This document shows positions 19,035 through 28,726 of a DNA stretch of 64,000 nucleotides, piece by piece. The notes beneath the pieces are model-generated. The model saw only the letters and a list, made by a program, of their open reading frames with translations, made no database searches and had not been told where the DNA came from. Origin of the DNA: an uncultured bacterium (lineage in GTDB: Bacteria; Zixibacteria; MSB-5A5; CAIYYT01); the NCBI GenBank assembly GCA_963707485.1, contig CAVPQS010000046.1, positions 2,434-66,433 on the forward strand, written 5' to 3'. The position numbers and the translations under genes were made by a program. The first letter of the stretch is position 1, and each line of letters starts with the position of its first letter.

Positions 19035-20339
19035 TTAGCGAATTGACTGAGATTTAATAGTCTGTGTATCAGAATCAAAGGTGAGCACTTCCGCGCCGCA
19101 GAAGGCATCCTGCGGCCCAATTTCGCTCCCCTGAAGCCAACCGCCCAGATTGCAGTAGTGCACCTGATGGCCATCTAATGTCCGGAACACCGGAGATTTG
19201 GACTGGGACTTATAGTCCCAGGGAATTGGACGATGCGTGTGACCGAAAACCAGGCGCTGAGGTTGCGAAAGCGTCGGCGGGAATAGCTCGGCGATCTCGG
19301 CTTTACATGAATTGAAGTAGCGCTTGAATCGCTCTTGCACGCGGGCCTCGCGGACGAATTTTTCGTTATAGCGCGTCGGCTCAACGGAACGAGCGAATTC
19401 GACGACGCGCCGTTTGAGGTTTTTCATCATGGCGTCGGAAACGAACTCGTCGATCAGGTATTTGCCGGGAATGAGTTGGTCGATTTTTCGGAACACTCCG
19501 TCGAGATATTTCTCGAGTTGCCGTGAATCGCGATTGCGAGCGTCTCGTTGCAACGGCAGGACAATCTTGTCGGTCAAAGCGCCAGCTTGGCCGGAGCCGG
19601 AACAGGCCAGTTGGTTGAAGGGGAAGTTCAATTCAACAAGTTGTTTGATCGTTGGTGGTCCGCTAATTCCCAACTGTTTGCCGGCAATTTCGACTGCCCA
19701 CTCGCCGAGCATCGACCAGTATTCTTCGAGGTAATGGCCGTGCGTCATCAATACCGAGCCGGAATCGGTGAGCAGATACAAATTTGGATATGCCAGGGCA
19801 AAGTTCATCGGTTCGCCGGTGAGTGTGCCATCGGGTTGCGCTTGAACAGTGACACTGTCGATGAACGTCCCACCGTAGCCGTGGCGGAAGCGGCCGTCCG
19901 ACTTGATACCGTGGAGTCGGAATCGGGAGCCTTCGACCTTCTGTCGGCCATCGATAAGTCCAGGCACGGAATAGCGAAAATCTTGTGCGGCTTTCCCGGC
20001 GGCAATACGACGGATGACGTTGACCTCGTATTCATAAAGGTGCCAAATGTCGGCGTCATGGTTACCGGGAACGTAGATGACACTTTGGGCGATTTTGTCG
20101 ATTTGAACCTGACGAAAAAAGGCGCGAGCTATGTCGAAAGATTCGCGATAGCTGCAGACGGAGAAGTCGAGTATGTCACCGAGGACGATAAGAAAATCGT
20201 TGTCTTGTCCGGTCGCGGCGCGGAATTGCTCGTAGAGTGATCCAATGACAGGATTGGATTTGGTTGCTTGATCGCCGTAGTGGGCGAGACGGCAGTCGGG
20301 GTCGCCAAAATGAGTGTCTGAGATTAAAGCCAGTTTCAT
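19035..20339 (-). CDS. Metallophosphoesterase (calcineurin-like phosphoesterase).
   Basis: It has the LISDTHFG, GDILD, GNHD and GHTHRP motifs. Confidence 0.75.
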   Translation of the reverse strand: MKLALISDTHFGDPDCRLAHYGDQATKSNPVIGSLYEQFRAATGQDNDFLIVLGDILDFSVCSYRESFDIARAFFRQVQIDKIAQSVIYVPGNHDADIWHLYEYEVNVIRRIAAGKAAQDFRYSVPGLIDGRQKVEGSRFRLHGIKSDGRFRHGYGGTFIDSVTVQAQPDGTLTGEPMNFALAYPNLYLLTDSGSVLMTHGHYLEEYWSMLGEWAVEIAGKQLGISGPPTIKQLVELNFPFNQLACSGSGQAGALTDKIVLPLQRDARNRDSRQLEKYLDGVFRKIDQLIPGKYLIDEFVSDAMMKNLKRRVVEFARSVEPTRYNEKFVREARVQERFKRYFNSCKAEIAELFPPTLSQPQRLVFGHTHRPIPWDYKSQSKSPVFRTLDGHQVHYCNLGGWLQGSEIGPQDAFCGAEVLTFDSDTQTIKSQSIR

Positions 20340-20426
20340 ATTCCCTCTATTCTACCCTTATCTTGCACCGAAGGCAACAGCGCCCCTACTATTCCTAACG
20401 GATATTATTCTCGATAGAGTTTGTAG

Positions 20427-21032
20427 TTGTCGATTGACGCAGTCGCGAATAGATTAATTCTGAATATGGCAATTGCAGACAAGAACAAGTCGACCTCACC
20501 GGAACAAGAGATCGAGTTAGCGAAGCGCTATTTCGCCGGTGAACGCGACGTATACAAGCAGGTTGATAGCTGGATCAACCAAGTTACGCGGCTATCGGTC
20601 TGGCACTTTGTCGAGGAGACCGAGGATGTCAATTCGATCGTCCACTTGAAACTGTTTTCTTCACTAAAGGCATCGCGATTTCGCGGCGAATCGACATTTC
20701 GGACTTATGTCCAGCGCGTGGCAAGATATACCTGTATCGATCAAGTTCGAAGCCAACGCGTTCAGCGTGAGGCAGATCCGGATGATTTGCCGGCTCCGAG
20801 CGGGACCGAAGCTCCGGATGTCATTCATGAACGCTCGGTGGAATATCAGATTTTTATCAAGATATTTCGGTCAATTGGACCCGAGTGTCAGAAGCTGTGG
20901 CGAATGGTTTTCTCTGAGTCATTGAACTACAAGGAGATAGGTCAAAAAGTCGGCCTTCCCGAGGGTACAGTCAAGCGCAAGGTCCATGAGTGCAAGAAAG
21001 CCGCCATGGAAATGAAAGAAAAGTTGATTTAA
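20427..21032 (+). CDS. RNA polymerase sigma-70 factor, ECF subfamily.
   Basis: Sigma70 region 2 and region 4 signatures are present (FRTYVQRVARYTCIDQVR ... LNYKEIGQKVGLPEGTVKRKVHECKKA). The start could be TTG 20427 or ATG 20466. Confidence 0.8.
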   Translation: MSIDAVANRLILNMAIADKNKSTSPEQEIELAKRYFAGERDVYKQVDSWINQVTRLSVWHFVEETEDVNSIVHLKLFSSLKASRFRGESTFRTYVQRVARYTCIDQVRSQRVQREADPDDLPAPSGTEAPDVIHERSVEYQIFIKIFRSIGPECQKLWRMVFSESLNYKEIGQKVGLPEGTVKRKVHECKKAAMEMKEKLI

Positions 21033-21086
21033 GATGAACCATCAGCCTCCCCTTTCGACAGTTGTGATTGAAAGGAGAACTCTGCA

Positions 21087-21968
21087 ATGAGTGTCAACGA
21101 GGAGACCATCGAAATGATTCCGCTGCTGGTGCAGGGAAAATTGAATCAGGCAGATGCCGAGCGGGTCAAGGCCGAGATCGCGAATTCGCGCGAATTGAAC
21201 GCCGAGTATAGCTTCTGGCAGGGAGTCTATTCAATCCGGCGGGCGATGCCGCGTTTCGATTTTTCCGGACATCCGACGGCCGAGGCGCTGGATCGTTTTG
21301 CCTTGGGCCGACTCAACCAATTATCTGCAGAGTACTCGGAAATCGCTGGACACGTTCAGGAGTGCAAAGCCTGCGTTGAGGACATTGAGCTGCTTCGACA
21401 GGCTGTTAGATATTTGCCCGAAGATGAAATGGAAACCGCGGCGAAGGAGTCCAAGAGCTGGTTTTCGTCTCTGGAAAGCGCCACATTGATTTCGAAGGTG
21501 GTTGCACCGGTTGCGATAGCTTTGATAGTAGTATTCAGCGCGGTTGTAATCATGAACCGGCCCGGCGAGGATTCGTTGGCGGTGCGGGTTGCGCTTTCGA
21601 TGCACAATGAAAAACGCGCGATTGTCGATGAAGGACAAATTCCAGAAATGCAGTTTGCGTTGAAAAAGAATACGCGCGAATTGACGTTTGCTTTCCCGAC
21701 TGACCGGGTTGAACTTCCCGACTATCACTATAATATCGATTTGATCCGGAGAGGCGGCGAGTCATTTACCGTGGAGAATCAGGAACTTGAATGTCAGCCG
21801 ACTCAATTGCTGAACCAGTGCGAGCTAAAGGTCACCGACCAGAAGATTCTCAATGCTTTGAAAGAGGGCGGGAGTTTCTCGCTGTCCATCAAGGAAGAGT
21901 TTCCTGAAGGCGTGAATCTGGTTCCGGCCGAGTACGAGTTCTACTTCAATGTGTCGATCAATGAATAG
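21087..21968 (+). CDS. Anti-sigma factor of the zinc-finger (ZAS) type with a single TM helix. It is the cognate partner of the upstream ECF sigma.
   Basis: It carries an H-x3-C-x2-C motif (HVQECKAC) and has one TM helix (VVAPVAIALIVVFSAVVIM). It lies immediately downstream of the ECF sigma gene. Confidence 0.6.
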   Translation: MSVNEETIEMIPLLVQGKLNQADAERVKAEIANSRELNAEYSFWQGVYSIRRAMPRFDFSGHPTAEALDRFALGRLNQLSAEYSEIAGHVQECKACVEDIELLRQAVRYLPEDEMETAAKESKSWFSSLESATLISKVVAPVAIALIVVFSAVVIMNRPGEDSLAVRVALSMHNEKRAIVDEGQIPEMQFALKKNTRELTFAFPTDRVELPDYHYNIDLIRRGGESFTVENQELECQPTQLLNQCELKVTDQKILNALKEGGSFSLSIKEEFPEGVNLVPAEYEFYFNVSINE

Positions 21969-22019
21969 CCGAAGCTGAATCGCAAACCTTCTGATTTGAT
22001 TACACTGCCTGCAGCACAA

Positions 22020-23486
22020 TCAATATTTAGCGCCTAATTCAAGAGCCTTCTCAAAGTCAAGACACCGAAACGAATTGACGCCTCTGCCCCGGCGTTTTGC
22101 TGTAGTCTCGAGAATGTATTTGATTCGATCGTGGGTCAGGGAAGAGTCAGAATCCAGCGCGATCATTTGTGCGATTGCCCCGGCGACACGAGGCGCCGAA
22201 AAGCTGGTGCCTTCTTCCATAACATAATACTCATCGAAAAAGAGTGTGTTCTTTCGCCGCGAATCTCCGAGCTCGATCGTTACGTCTTTTGAAGCCGCCA
22301 GACGGACCCATGCGCCTTCGGTATAGATGTCCGGCTTGTCGACTCCAGCCTTAGTCGGGCCGCGGCTGGAAAAGTGGGAAATTTCGTTGGGATCGTAGCA
22401 GCCGGTGTAGTCGGTGGTCATACCAAATAAGTCGCGCCAGGTGACCGTTCCGTTGTTGATAGAGCCAACTGTAACTACGTCGCGGACGTTTCCGGCGGAA
22501 CGAATTTTGAACTGGTTCGTTTGATCTGCCTTACTGATTGCCTTGATAATATCGGCAGGATATTGGTAGGTTACGTAACCGTGCCAGACACCCGAGTCGC
22601 CAATCATTTGAATATTCCAGGTCCCTTCGCGAAGGGGCGCCGTATCAGTCATTGCAGCCATAACACTATCAGGGTCTCGCATTACGATTCGAATCGCTCC
22701 CCACTTTTCCATGCTTCGGCGGTTGTTCGAGATCATCAAGAAACCGTCGTCACCAAAATCCTTGACTGGCAGGAGATCCGGATCGACTGGACCGTAGACA
22801 CGTCCGGTCGGTGAAGTTAGCAGTACGCCATAAGAATTCTCAACCGGATACCACAACTCCAGCACGCAGGCGTCGTCGTTTGTGTTGTTTGAAGTTGTAT
22901 TAATTTCGAGATCGAAATCACCAGTTCCGGCTTTGTGAACGTGCATCCGGTTGTTTTCGTCGCGGCATTGATTTGACGCTTCATAGTTTTCGTTACCGGC
23001 TGCTGCGACAATGCCTTTCAAGAGGCCACCGCCAAGATTGGTCGCAAGTTCGCCTTCGAGGATGCGCGCTAACACACCGGTTTCGCCGTCCTTGGGACCA
23101 CCTTTAGGAAGGTAAGAGAGCGATATGACATAAGGTTGATGACGTAAGTTTGCAGTGCGCCTGATGAATTCGATTCCATAAGCGAGCATCATCTCGTCGA
23201 AGTTGAAGTAGTCGACTTTAACAACAACCAGATCGGCATCGGGGGCGAGGCCGCACGAATTCCCAACCGCTGCAGACGCCACCATAGTTCCGTGCCCGTC
23301 AACATCCACAGAAGGGCAATCATCGGAATTGATTTCCGATCCGTAATAGACCGACCCCAATGCTGTGCCGTCTTCAAAAGTGTAGTTGTTTCGGGAGGAG
23401 TCGAGCTGGTCCCAGAGGGCGATAATTTTGTGCCCGGAATCGCGGCGAAACTCGGGGTGGGTGAAGTCGATGCCGGTATCGATCAA
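22020..23486 (-). CDS. Subtilisin-like serine peptidase (S8 family), catalytic portion. It is probably one frameshifted gene together with 23540..24043.
   Basis: The catalytic triad motifs are DTGID (Asp), HGTMVAS (His) and GTSFSAPRVAG (Ser). Adding one A to the A10 run at 23544-23553 fuses it in-frame to the upstream signal-peptide/propeptide ORF. That fusion yields ...EKKKVTGDGSATGAAPNSKVIIGLIDTGIDF. Confidence 0.8.
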   Translation of the reverse strand: MIDTGIDFTHPEFRRDSGHKIIALWDQLDSSRNNYTFEDGTALGSVYYGSEINSDDCPSVDVDGHGTMVASAAVGNSCGLAPDADLVVVKVDYFNFDEMMLAYGIEFIRRTANLRHQPYVISLSYLPKGGPKDGETGVLARILEGELATNLGGGLLKGIVAAAGNENYEASNQCRDENNRMHVHKAGTGDFDLEINTTSNNTNDDACVLELWYPVENSYGVLLTSPTGRVYGPVDPDLLPVKDFGDDGFLMISNNRRSMEKWGAIRIVMRDPDSVMAAMTDTAPLREGTWNIQMIGDSGVWHGYVTYQYPADIIKAISKADQTNQFKIRSAGNVRDVVTVGSINNGTVTWRDLFGMTTDYTGCYDPNEISHFSSRGPTKAGVDKPDIYTEGAWVRLAASKDVTIELGDSRRKNTLFFDEYYVMEEGTSFSAPRVAGAIAQMIALDSDSSLTHDRIKYILETTAKRRGRGVNSFRCLDFEKALELGAKY

Positions 23487-23539
23487 GCCAATAATGACCT
23501 TAGAATTCGGAGCTGCGCCGGTGGCGGAACCGTCGCCAG

Positions 23540-24043
23540 TTACTTTTTTTTTTCGATATTCTCGACGTCGATAGTTGAGCGGGAGGCACGTGCAGAGACT
23601 CCATCCGGCACGACCGGTTCGATGCGTTCGACAAATGCGAGCCGATTGAGTTCCGGGAGTTGCATGAGATCGATTTTCGCGGCAAAGATATTGCCAAATT
23701 GCGAGAGTGAACGCAGATTCATGCCCCTGAATTGTTCAAGCGCTGACTGTGAAGATGCCGCATCCGTCGTTATGAAGACTTTTACCCAAATGGTATCGCG
23801 AACCAGTTCATATTGAATTGCATCGCGATAGATGCTCGGGATAAATGCCGGCGAAGCACCGTCTTTGGCGTTGATTGCTGTCGACCTGCCGGTCAGACAA
23901 CTGTTATAGAAATCGTTGAGGTTTGAAAGTGACTTGCTGAGCTGCAAGCTGCCGGCAATGAGACAAGAAGCAAGCAAGAATGTCACAAGAGTTGCTACGA
24001 TAAGTGTTCTCAACATTTGACAGGAATTTGGCGGGTGCAACAA
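23540..24043 (-). CDS. N-terminal signal peptide plus propeptide fragment of the S8 peptidase, ending at an A10 homopolymer.
   Basis: It has a signal peptide (MLRTLIVATLVTFLLASC). The protein ends ...DVENIEKKK, encoded by GAAAAAAAAAAGTAA, and the stop is created by the reading frame leaving the A10 run. Confidence 0.6.
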   Translation of the reverse strand: MLHPPNSCQMLRTLIVATLVTFLLASCLIAGSLQLSKSLSNLNDFYNSCLTGRSTAINAKDGASPAFIPSIYRDAIQYELVRDTIWVKVFITTDAASSQSALEQFRGMNLRSLSQFGNIFAAKIDLMQLPELNRLAFVERIEPVVPDGVSARASRSTIDVENIEKKK

Positions 24044-24124
24044 AGTAAGTCAAGCTTAATGCGCCAAGTAATCGACAAATAACGAAATGCTAACAAAACC
24101 TTAACGGTATGTGGCGCGAGAGGC

Positions 24125-27100
24125 CTAGTCCCCGCTCACCGTCAGGGTAAATGGCGACCAGTAGTAAGGGTGCCGATGCCGCAGACGCGGTGAATTTATC
24201 ATTTCCAGTTTTGCGCGGCGCAGCGCTTCAGCATAACCAGATGACAGGTTTTGGTAGAAAGTCTTCATGAACGTGGCTGTGGTAAAGTCCTCGACTTCCC
24301 AGAGTGACACCAACAAATTATGGGCGCCGGCTTGCATGAAAGCCTTGACGAAGCCGTCCATTCCCTCGCTGACATCGAGTTTGCCGCCGCCGGATTCGCA
24401 AGACGACAAGACAACCAGGTCGGCGCTGAGTTTCAGTTCGTCGACTTCCGCCAGAGTCAGATAACTTTCGGCATTAGTCGCGGTGGTGTCATCCGAGAGC
24501 CAGATTTTAGATCGAGCCGGATCGCGATAATTAATCGTCGAGTGGGTCGCGGCGTGAAAGATCCGGTAGTCGGCGAGTCGAAGCCGCAGGAGTTCAGCTT
24601 TGGTGGCAGTTGACGCAGTGAGGATCGTGCAATTATTCGCTCCGAAGATGCCGCAAATCCAATCGACCTCGCGCGCACTGAACGGCAGTTGGCGTTGCTG
24701 CGAGTCTGAGCGAGGATCGGCCAACGCGAGAATGTGCCAGTTTTCGGTGCGCCGGGGCCCAAGTTCCTGTGGTGAAAACAGGAATAGCGAAGGCAAGGCA
24801 GCAACGGCGGCGTATTCGATCAGGTACTTGCCGTCAATCCGGAGCGCTTCAAAGGGCAAGATTGACAAGACGCCATCAGATGAGATAAGAATGCGGTCAA
24901 AGGAATCGGGGACCAGCAATGATTTTGGCAGGAGCAATTGACCGACTTGAGCTGCCGCTGTATATAGACTGTCGAGTAAGCTGTCGTTCTTGATTGACAA
25001 TTGTATCAGACGCATGAATTCGGAGATCGACGGGGTGAGAATCTCCCGTCCAGGCAAGAGCTCAGTCTTGATCTGAGTCTTGCAGATCAGAAGCGCGTAA
25101 CTTTCGTCGGGCGTGAGCAGGTACGAGATCAGGACCGTGCGACTATCGGGAAGTGCAGATTGGAGTCTCATTATTGCAATAGGCTCGGGCGTGTAGACAC
25201 GAACTGCAGCGGCGTTCGCGACACCAGCTTTGAGCCGCAGATCAGACAGTGTTTTCTCGAGGTCGGAAAGTTTCGCAACTTTCGCTTTCACCGATCGCGG
25301 AATTGAGTCATCAGCAAGTGAAGACTCAACTTGCTCAATTTCGCGTAAAAGTTGTCGCTCGCCGGTTTTATTAGGACGATGTTTGGACTCGGGACCTGTA
25401 GAACTGCGTTCGGCGATGATGTCGAGGAGTCCGCGCGACTTGGCTCTTTCGATATAAATCAGCAGCGAGTCATCATAGTCGCGGTTGTTTCCGCTTTGGC
25501 GAATGTGAAAGAGTGTCTTGACCATTTCTTCATACACCGATCGTGCCTGCGATTGAAAGCTTCCGCGCAGTTGTTCATCGGGAATGGACCCGCGTGATTT
25601 CTCTGATCGGGCTATGATTCGCGCAAGGTAACGATAGGCATCGTGCCACCGGCTCTCGTCGATCGCTATGTTCGAATGAATGATGTCGATTTTCTGCGAG
25701 TTGGAATAGGTGCGGCAGGAATCGAGGAGAATCTCTGCGCGCGCCAACAGGTCTTTAGACGCGGAGAGGTCTTTGTTTTCGCGGCTAAAATCGGACCGGA
25801 GACAAAGCAGGTCGATTCGGCGTTGCAGTGTCAACACGCCGGCCTGGAGTGTCGACGCGCTGTCGAGTAATTGAATTGCTTGCCTGTGATTGCCCAGAGC
25901 TTGCTCAATGCGAGCGCGGGCTATCAGCGAATTGCTCAGACCTCGCCTATCGTTGCTGAGTCCGGCAATTTCGGCCGATTTGGCGGCATAGTCGAGAGCG
26001 GCGGTTGTATCACCGACAGCGCAGTACAGTTCGGAAAGATTGCCCAGAGTTTCGCCGGATTGCAGGCGAAGATCGACTTGACGACGAATATCGAGGGCGC
26101 GTTGATAATAGTCGATTGCCGATTCGAGATCGCCGAGCTGCTGATGCAGAGAGCCGAGGTTATGGAAAATTGTCGCCAGAGCCACACGGTTACGCGTTTT
26201 GACTGCCAAGTCTTCCGCCTGCAGGTAGTGCTCAAGTGATTGCGTAAAGTAACCCAGTGAGGACTCAAGTGCGGCATAGTTTTGCAGGACTGCTAAGGCG
26301 AGTCGGTGGCTATTAGCCGCCATCGACGAGCGGACTGCTTCGTCATAGAGCGTTATCGCCGAATCAAGGTCTCCTTTTAGCTCGGCAAGAATCGCTCGGC
26401 AATAAGTTAATCGAACTGGGTCGCTTTTCGCAGGCAATGCAACGCCGAGGGCAGTAGCCTCATCGAACCATTCATTTAGCTGCGAGACCTGCACTTCGCG
26501 TGCAAAGGCTGGTATCATGGTAACGAGCGAAGTGTAAACTGAAGTCGAGTCCTGCAGCGCGCGCCGCAACGCGAGGGATTCTTCGGCAAATCGCCGGGCG
26601 TTGTGTTTGTCGCCGATTGAAAGGTATATGGACGCGATGTTGCTCAGACATTCGGCGACTCCGGCCCGGTCGCCAAGTTCGGCTTTAATCACCCGCGCCG
26701 AGTCAAAGTATGCGCCGGCTTTGATGAATTCCAACTTCTCGCTTAACAGCCTTCCCAAGAGATTGTAACTTCGTGAAAGGGCATCCAGATCACCGATGAG
26801 TCGACTTAGGTTCAAACTTTGATTCAGAATCTTGTCGGCCAATTCGGTGGTCATGCCTCTCGCGGCCGCGTGCTGCCACGAGTTTGCCGCCGAGCTTGAA
26901 TCACCGAATGCGAGAAACTCATTTCCCAGTTCGGCCATCTGGCTGCTATAAATTTCTACCGGTCCCTTGTTTCCGGCCAAGCCTTCAAGATTGGTAGAGA
27001 ATTGCAGTTTGAGCTGGCTGCGAAGCAGGAAGTAATGTTGTTTCCAAGTCTTGAACTTGCTGCATTGGCGGACATAAAAGTCGTCGCCGTATTCAGTTAG

Positions 27101-27379
27101 CACGAAATTTGCAGCTTCTTGTATTTGCTCAAAGAGGACCGTGTCGCCCGTGTCAAAGTAGTTTTCGAGTCCGCGCTGGAGATAGCGGTATAGTTCAAAG
27201 CGACTGCCAAAATCGAGCGAATCGGGCTCGGAGGACGCAAGAGCCGGAGTTGAATTCTGCGTTAGTAGAAATGTCAGGGTCAGCAGCAGGCACTTTAAGA
27301 GCATGATTGGCAATCTACGCCAGAACGGACGCATTGACAAGCGTGATACGGCGAGCCAGAAAATTGACAGCAATGCCAA
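24125..27379 (-). CDS. Secreted TPR-repeat protein with a C-terminal CHAT (caspase-like) domain, 1084 aa.
   Basis: It has a signal peptide (LLLTLTFLLTQNSTPALA) and many TPR-like repeats in the first ~600 aa. The CHAT hallmarks are HAATHS ... LVVLSSCESGGG ... LLVSLWEVEDFTTATFMKTFYQNL. Confidence 0.85.
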   Translation of the reverse strand: MALLSIFWLAVSRLSMRPFWRRLPIMLLKCLLLTLTFLLTQNSTPALASSEPDSLDFGSRFELYRYLQRGLENYFDTGDTVLFEQIQEAANFVLTEYGDDFYVRQCSKFKTWKQHYFLLRSQLKLQFSTNLEGLAGNKGPVEIYSSQMAELGNEFLAFGDSSSAANSWQHAAARGMTTELADKILNQSLNLSRLIGDLDALSRSYNLLGRLLSEKLEFIKAGAYFDSARVIKAELGDRAGVAECLSNIASIYLSIGDKHNARRFAEESLALRRALQDSTSVYTSLVTMIPAFAREVQVSQLNEWFDEATALGVALPAKSDPVRLTYCRAILAELKGDLDSAITLYDEAVRSSMAANSHRLALAVLQNYAALESSLGYFTQSLEHYLQAEDLAVKTRNRVALATIFHNLGSLHQQLGDLESAIDYYQRALDIRRQVDLRLQSGETLGNLSELYCAVGDTTAALDYAAKSAEIAGLSNDRRGLSNSLIARARIEQALGNHRQAIQLLDSASTLQAGVLTLQRRIDLLCLRSDFSRENKDLSASKDLLARAEILLDSCRTYSNSQKIDIIHSNIAIDESRWHDAYRYLARIIARSEKSRGSIPDEQLRGSFQSQARSVYEEMVKTLFHIRQSGNNRDYDDSLLIYIERAKSRGLLDIIAERSSTGPESKHRPNKTGERQLLREIEQVESSLADDSIPRSVKAKVAKLSDLEKTLSDLRLKAGVANAAAVRVYTPEPIAIMRLQSALPDSRTVLISYLLTPDESYALLICKTQIKTELLPGREILTPSISEFMRLIQLSIKNDSLLDSLYTAAAQVGQLLLPKSLLVPDSFDRILISSDGVLSILPFEALRIDGKYLIEYAAVAALPSLFLFSPQELGPRRTENWHILALADPRSDSQQRQLPFSAREVDWICGIFGANNCTILTASTATKAELLRLRLADYRIFHAATHSTINYRDPARSKIWLSDDTTATNAESYLTLAEVDELKLSADLVVLSSCESGGGKLDVSEGMDGFVKAFMQAGAHNLLVSLWEVEDFTTATFMKTFYQNLSSGYAEALRRAKLEMINSPRLRHRHPYYWSPFTLTVSGD

Positions 27380-27490
27380 TTTTCATCACAAAAGTCTTTA
27401 ATATTGGCAATCCTATCCATATATTTCCGATGTGGGGTTGACATAACTGTACTGAAGTAGAGTGGTTTATACACAACTGGGCAGGGATTT

Positions 27491-28051
27491 TTGATGGATC
27501 AATCAGGCGACGAGAAACTGGCAGGTAGTTACGCTTTAGTGTCCGTCCACGATCGCGAACAACGCGTTGGTGTGATGCAGACGATAGCGGAAATTGGACA
27601 AGTAATATCTTCAAGCGCAGTCGACGGCGATTACGACATCGTTCTCATGATAAAAGAGCTCCCGGGAGCTGGGATTGAGAAGTTTATCTCGAACAAGATT
27701 AGGACCTTAAAAGGTGTAAAGGCGGTTGAGATCTGTCGTGTCGAGTTAGCGGTTGGTGGTGTCGGGAGTTCTATCCAAGATGGGGATTCGGGAAAATCGG
27801 ATAGTTCAAGTGCGGAATGTTATCTATTTCTTGAGACCGACAAACGTCATTTTGAGGACATTTTCAGTTCTCTAAGTGTATTGAGTTCAGTGACTTCGTG
27901 CGAAGTTGCCAGCGGTCAATTCTCTTTAGTTTTGCGCCTGGAGGCCGGCAGTTTCGATACATTGGAGAAGATAATAAACGAAAAAATCCGCCCTCTGCCC
28001 GGTGTTCTTCGGGCAAAAGAAAGCCGTATCATAAAGCTTTCGGGCTTATAG
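27491..28051 (+). CDS. Stand-alone tandem Lrp/AsnC C-terminal (RAM) ligand-binding domain protein.
   Basis: It has two RAM-like modules (SYALVSVHDREQRVGVMQTIAEIGQVISSSAVDGDYDIVLMIKE ... and ECYLFLETDKRHFEDIFSSLSVLSSVTSCEVASGQFSLVLRLEA ...). No DNA-binding HTH is present. Confidence 0.5.
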   Translation: MMDQSGDEKLAGSYALVSVHDREQRVGVMQTIAEIGQVISSSAVDGDYDIVLMIKELPGAGIEKFISNKIRTLKGVKAVEICRVELAVGGVGSSIQDGDSGKSDSSSAECYLFLETDKRHFEDIFSSLSVLSSVTSCEVASGQFSLVLRLEAGSFDTLEKIINEKIRPLPGVLRAKESRIIKLSGL

Positions 28052-28241
28052 GCCGACTTAAATACAAGACAGAATCAATCAGAAATTTGGAGCTGTTGGC
28101 GAAAAAGCTGGAGAAACCGGATGATTTTTCTTGCGATTTTTTTCACAAAGTAGTAGCTTGGCTGGCATAACGCTTACCGACCGACACCGTGGTGTTTTAC
28201 CGGTGTGATCGTCTCAGCGCTCGTGTTACGGAGACAGGATT

Positions 28242-28715
28242 ATGGAGACGAAAGATCAGGAATTCAAGCCCTTCAATGTAGATGTTTGGAAGCACGACGG
28301 CCACGCCGGAGCGCTGATTCCACTTCTTCAATCCGCTCAGGACACCTACGGTTATGTCTCTGAACGCGCGATGGATTACATCAGTCATGTTACCGGAATA
28401 CCACCCGCCGAGATTTACGGCGTGGTGACGTTTTATGCCCAATTTCGGACTAAGCCACTTGGTGAAAAAATTATCAAAGTCTGTAATGGCACCGCTTGTC
28501 ATGTCAACGGTGTAAAGGAAATCGCGAATACGCTGAAGGATGAGCTGGGGATAGACTACGAGGAGACGACCGAGGATGGAAAAGTCAGCATGGTATCGGT
28601 TGCGTGTCTTGGCTGTTGCTCTTTGGCGCCAGTAGTCATGGTGAGCAACGAGACTTTTGGGCGCTTAACTCCGCAAAAGACGCGGAAGCTTGTGCGCGAC
28701 TTGAGACGGAAATAG
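28242..28715 (+). CDS. NuoE/HoxE/HndA-like [2Fe-2S] thioredoxin-fold subunit (24-kDa-subunit-like).
   Basis: It carries the cysteine quartet of the NuoE family (C-x4-C ... C-x3-C: VCNGTACH ... VACLGCCSLAP). A GGAGA SD precedes the ATG. Confidence 0.85.
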   Translation: METKDQEFKPFNVDVWKHDGHAGALIPLLQSAQDTYGYVSERAMDYISHVTGIPPAEIYGVVTFYAQFRTKPLGEKIIKVCNGTACHVNGVKEIANTLKDELGIDYEETTEDGKVSMVSVACLGCCSLAPVVMVSNETFGRLTPQKTRKLVRDLRRK

Positions 28716-28726
28716 GACCGGCGAAA

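Noticed and set aside
27380-27490. A possible sigma70 promoter (TTGACA at about 27449) upstream of the RAM-domain gene.
   Set aside because: I found no acceptable -10 hexamer at 16-18 nt spacing, so I did not report it as a feature.
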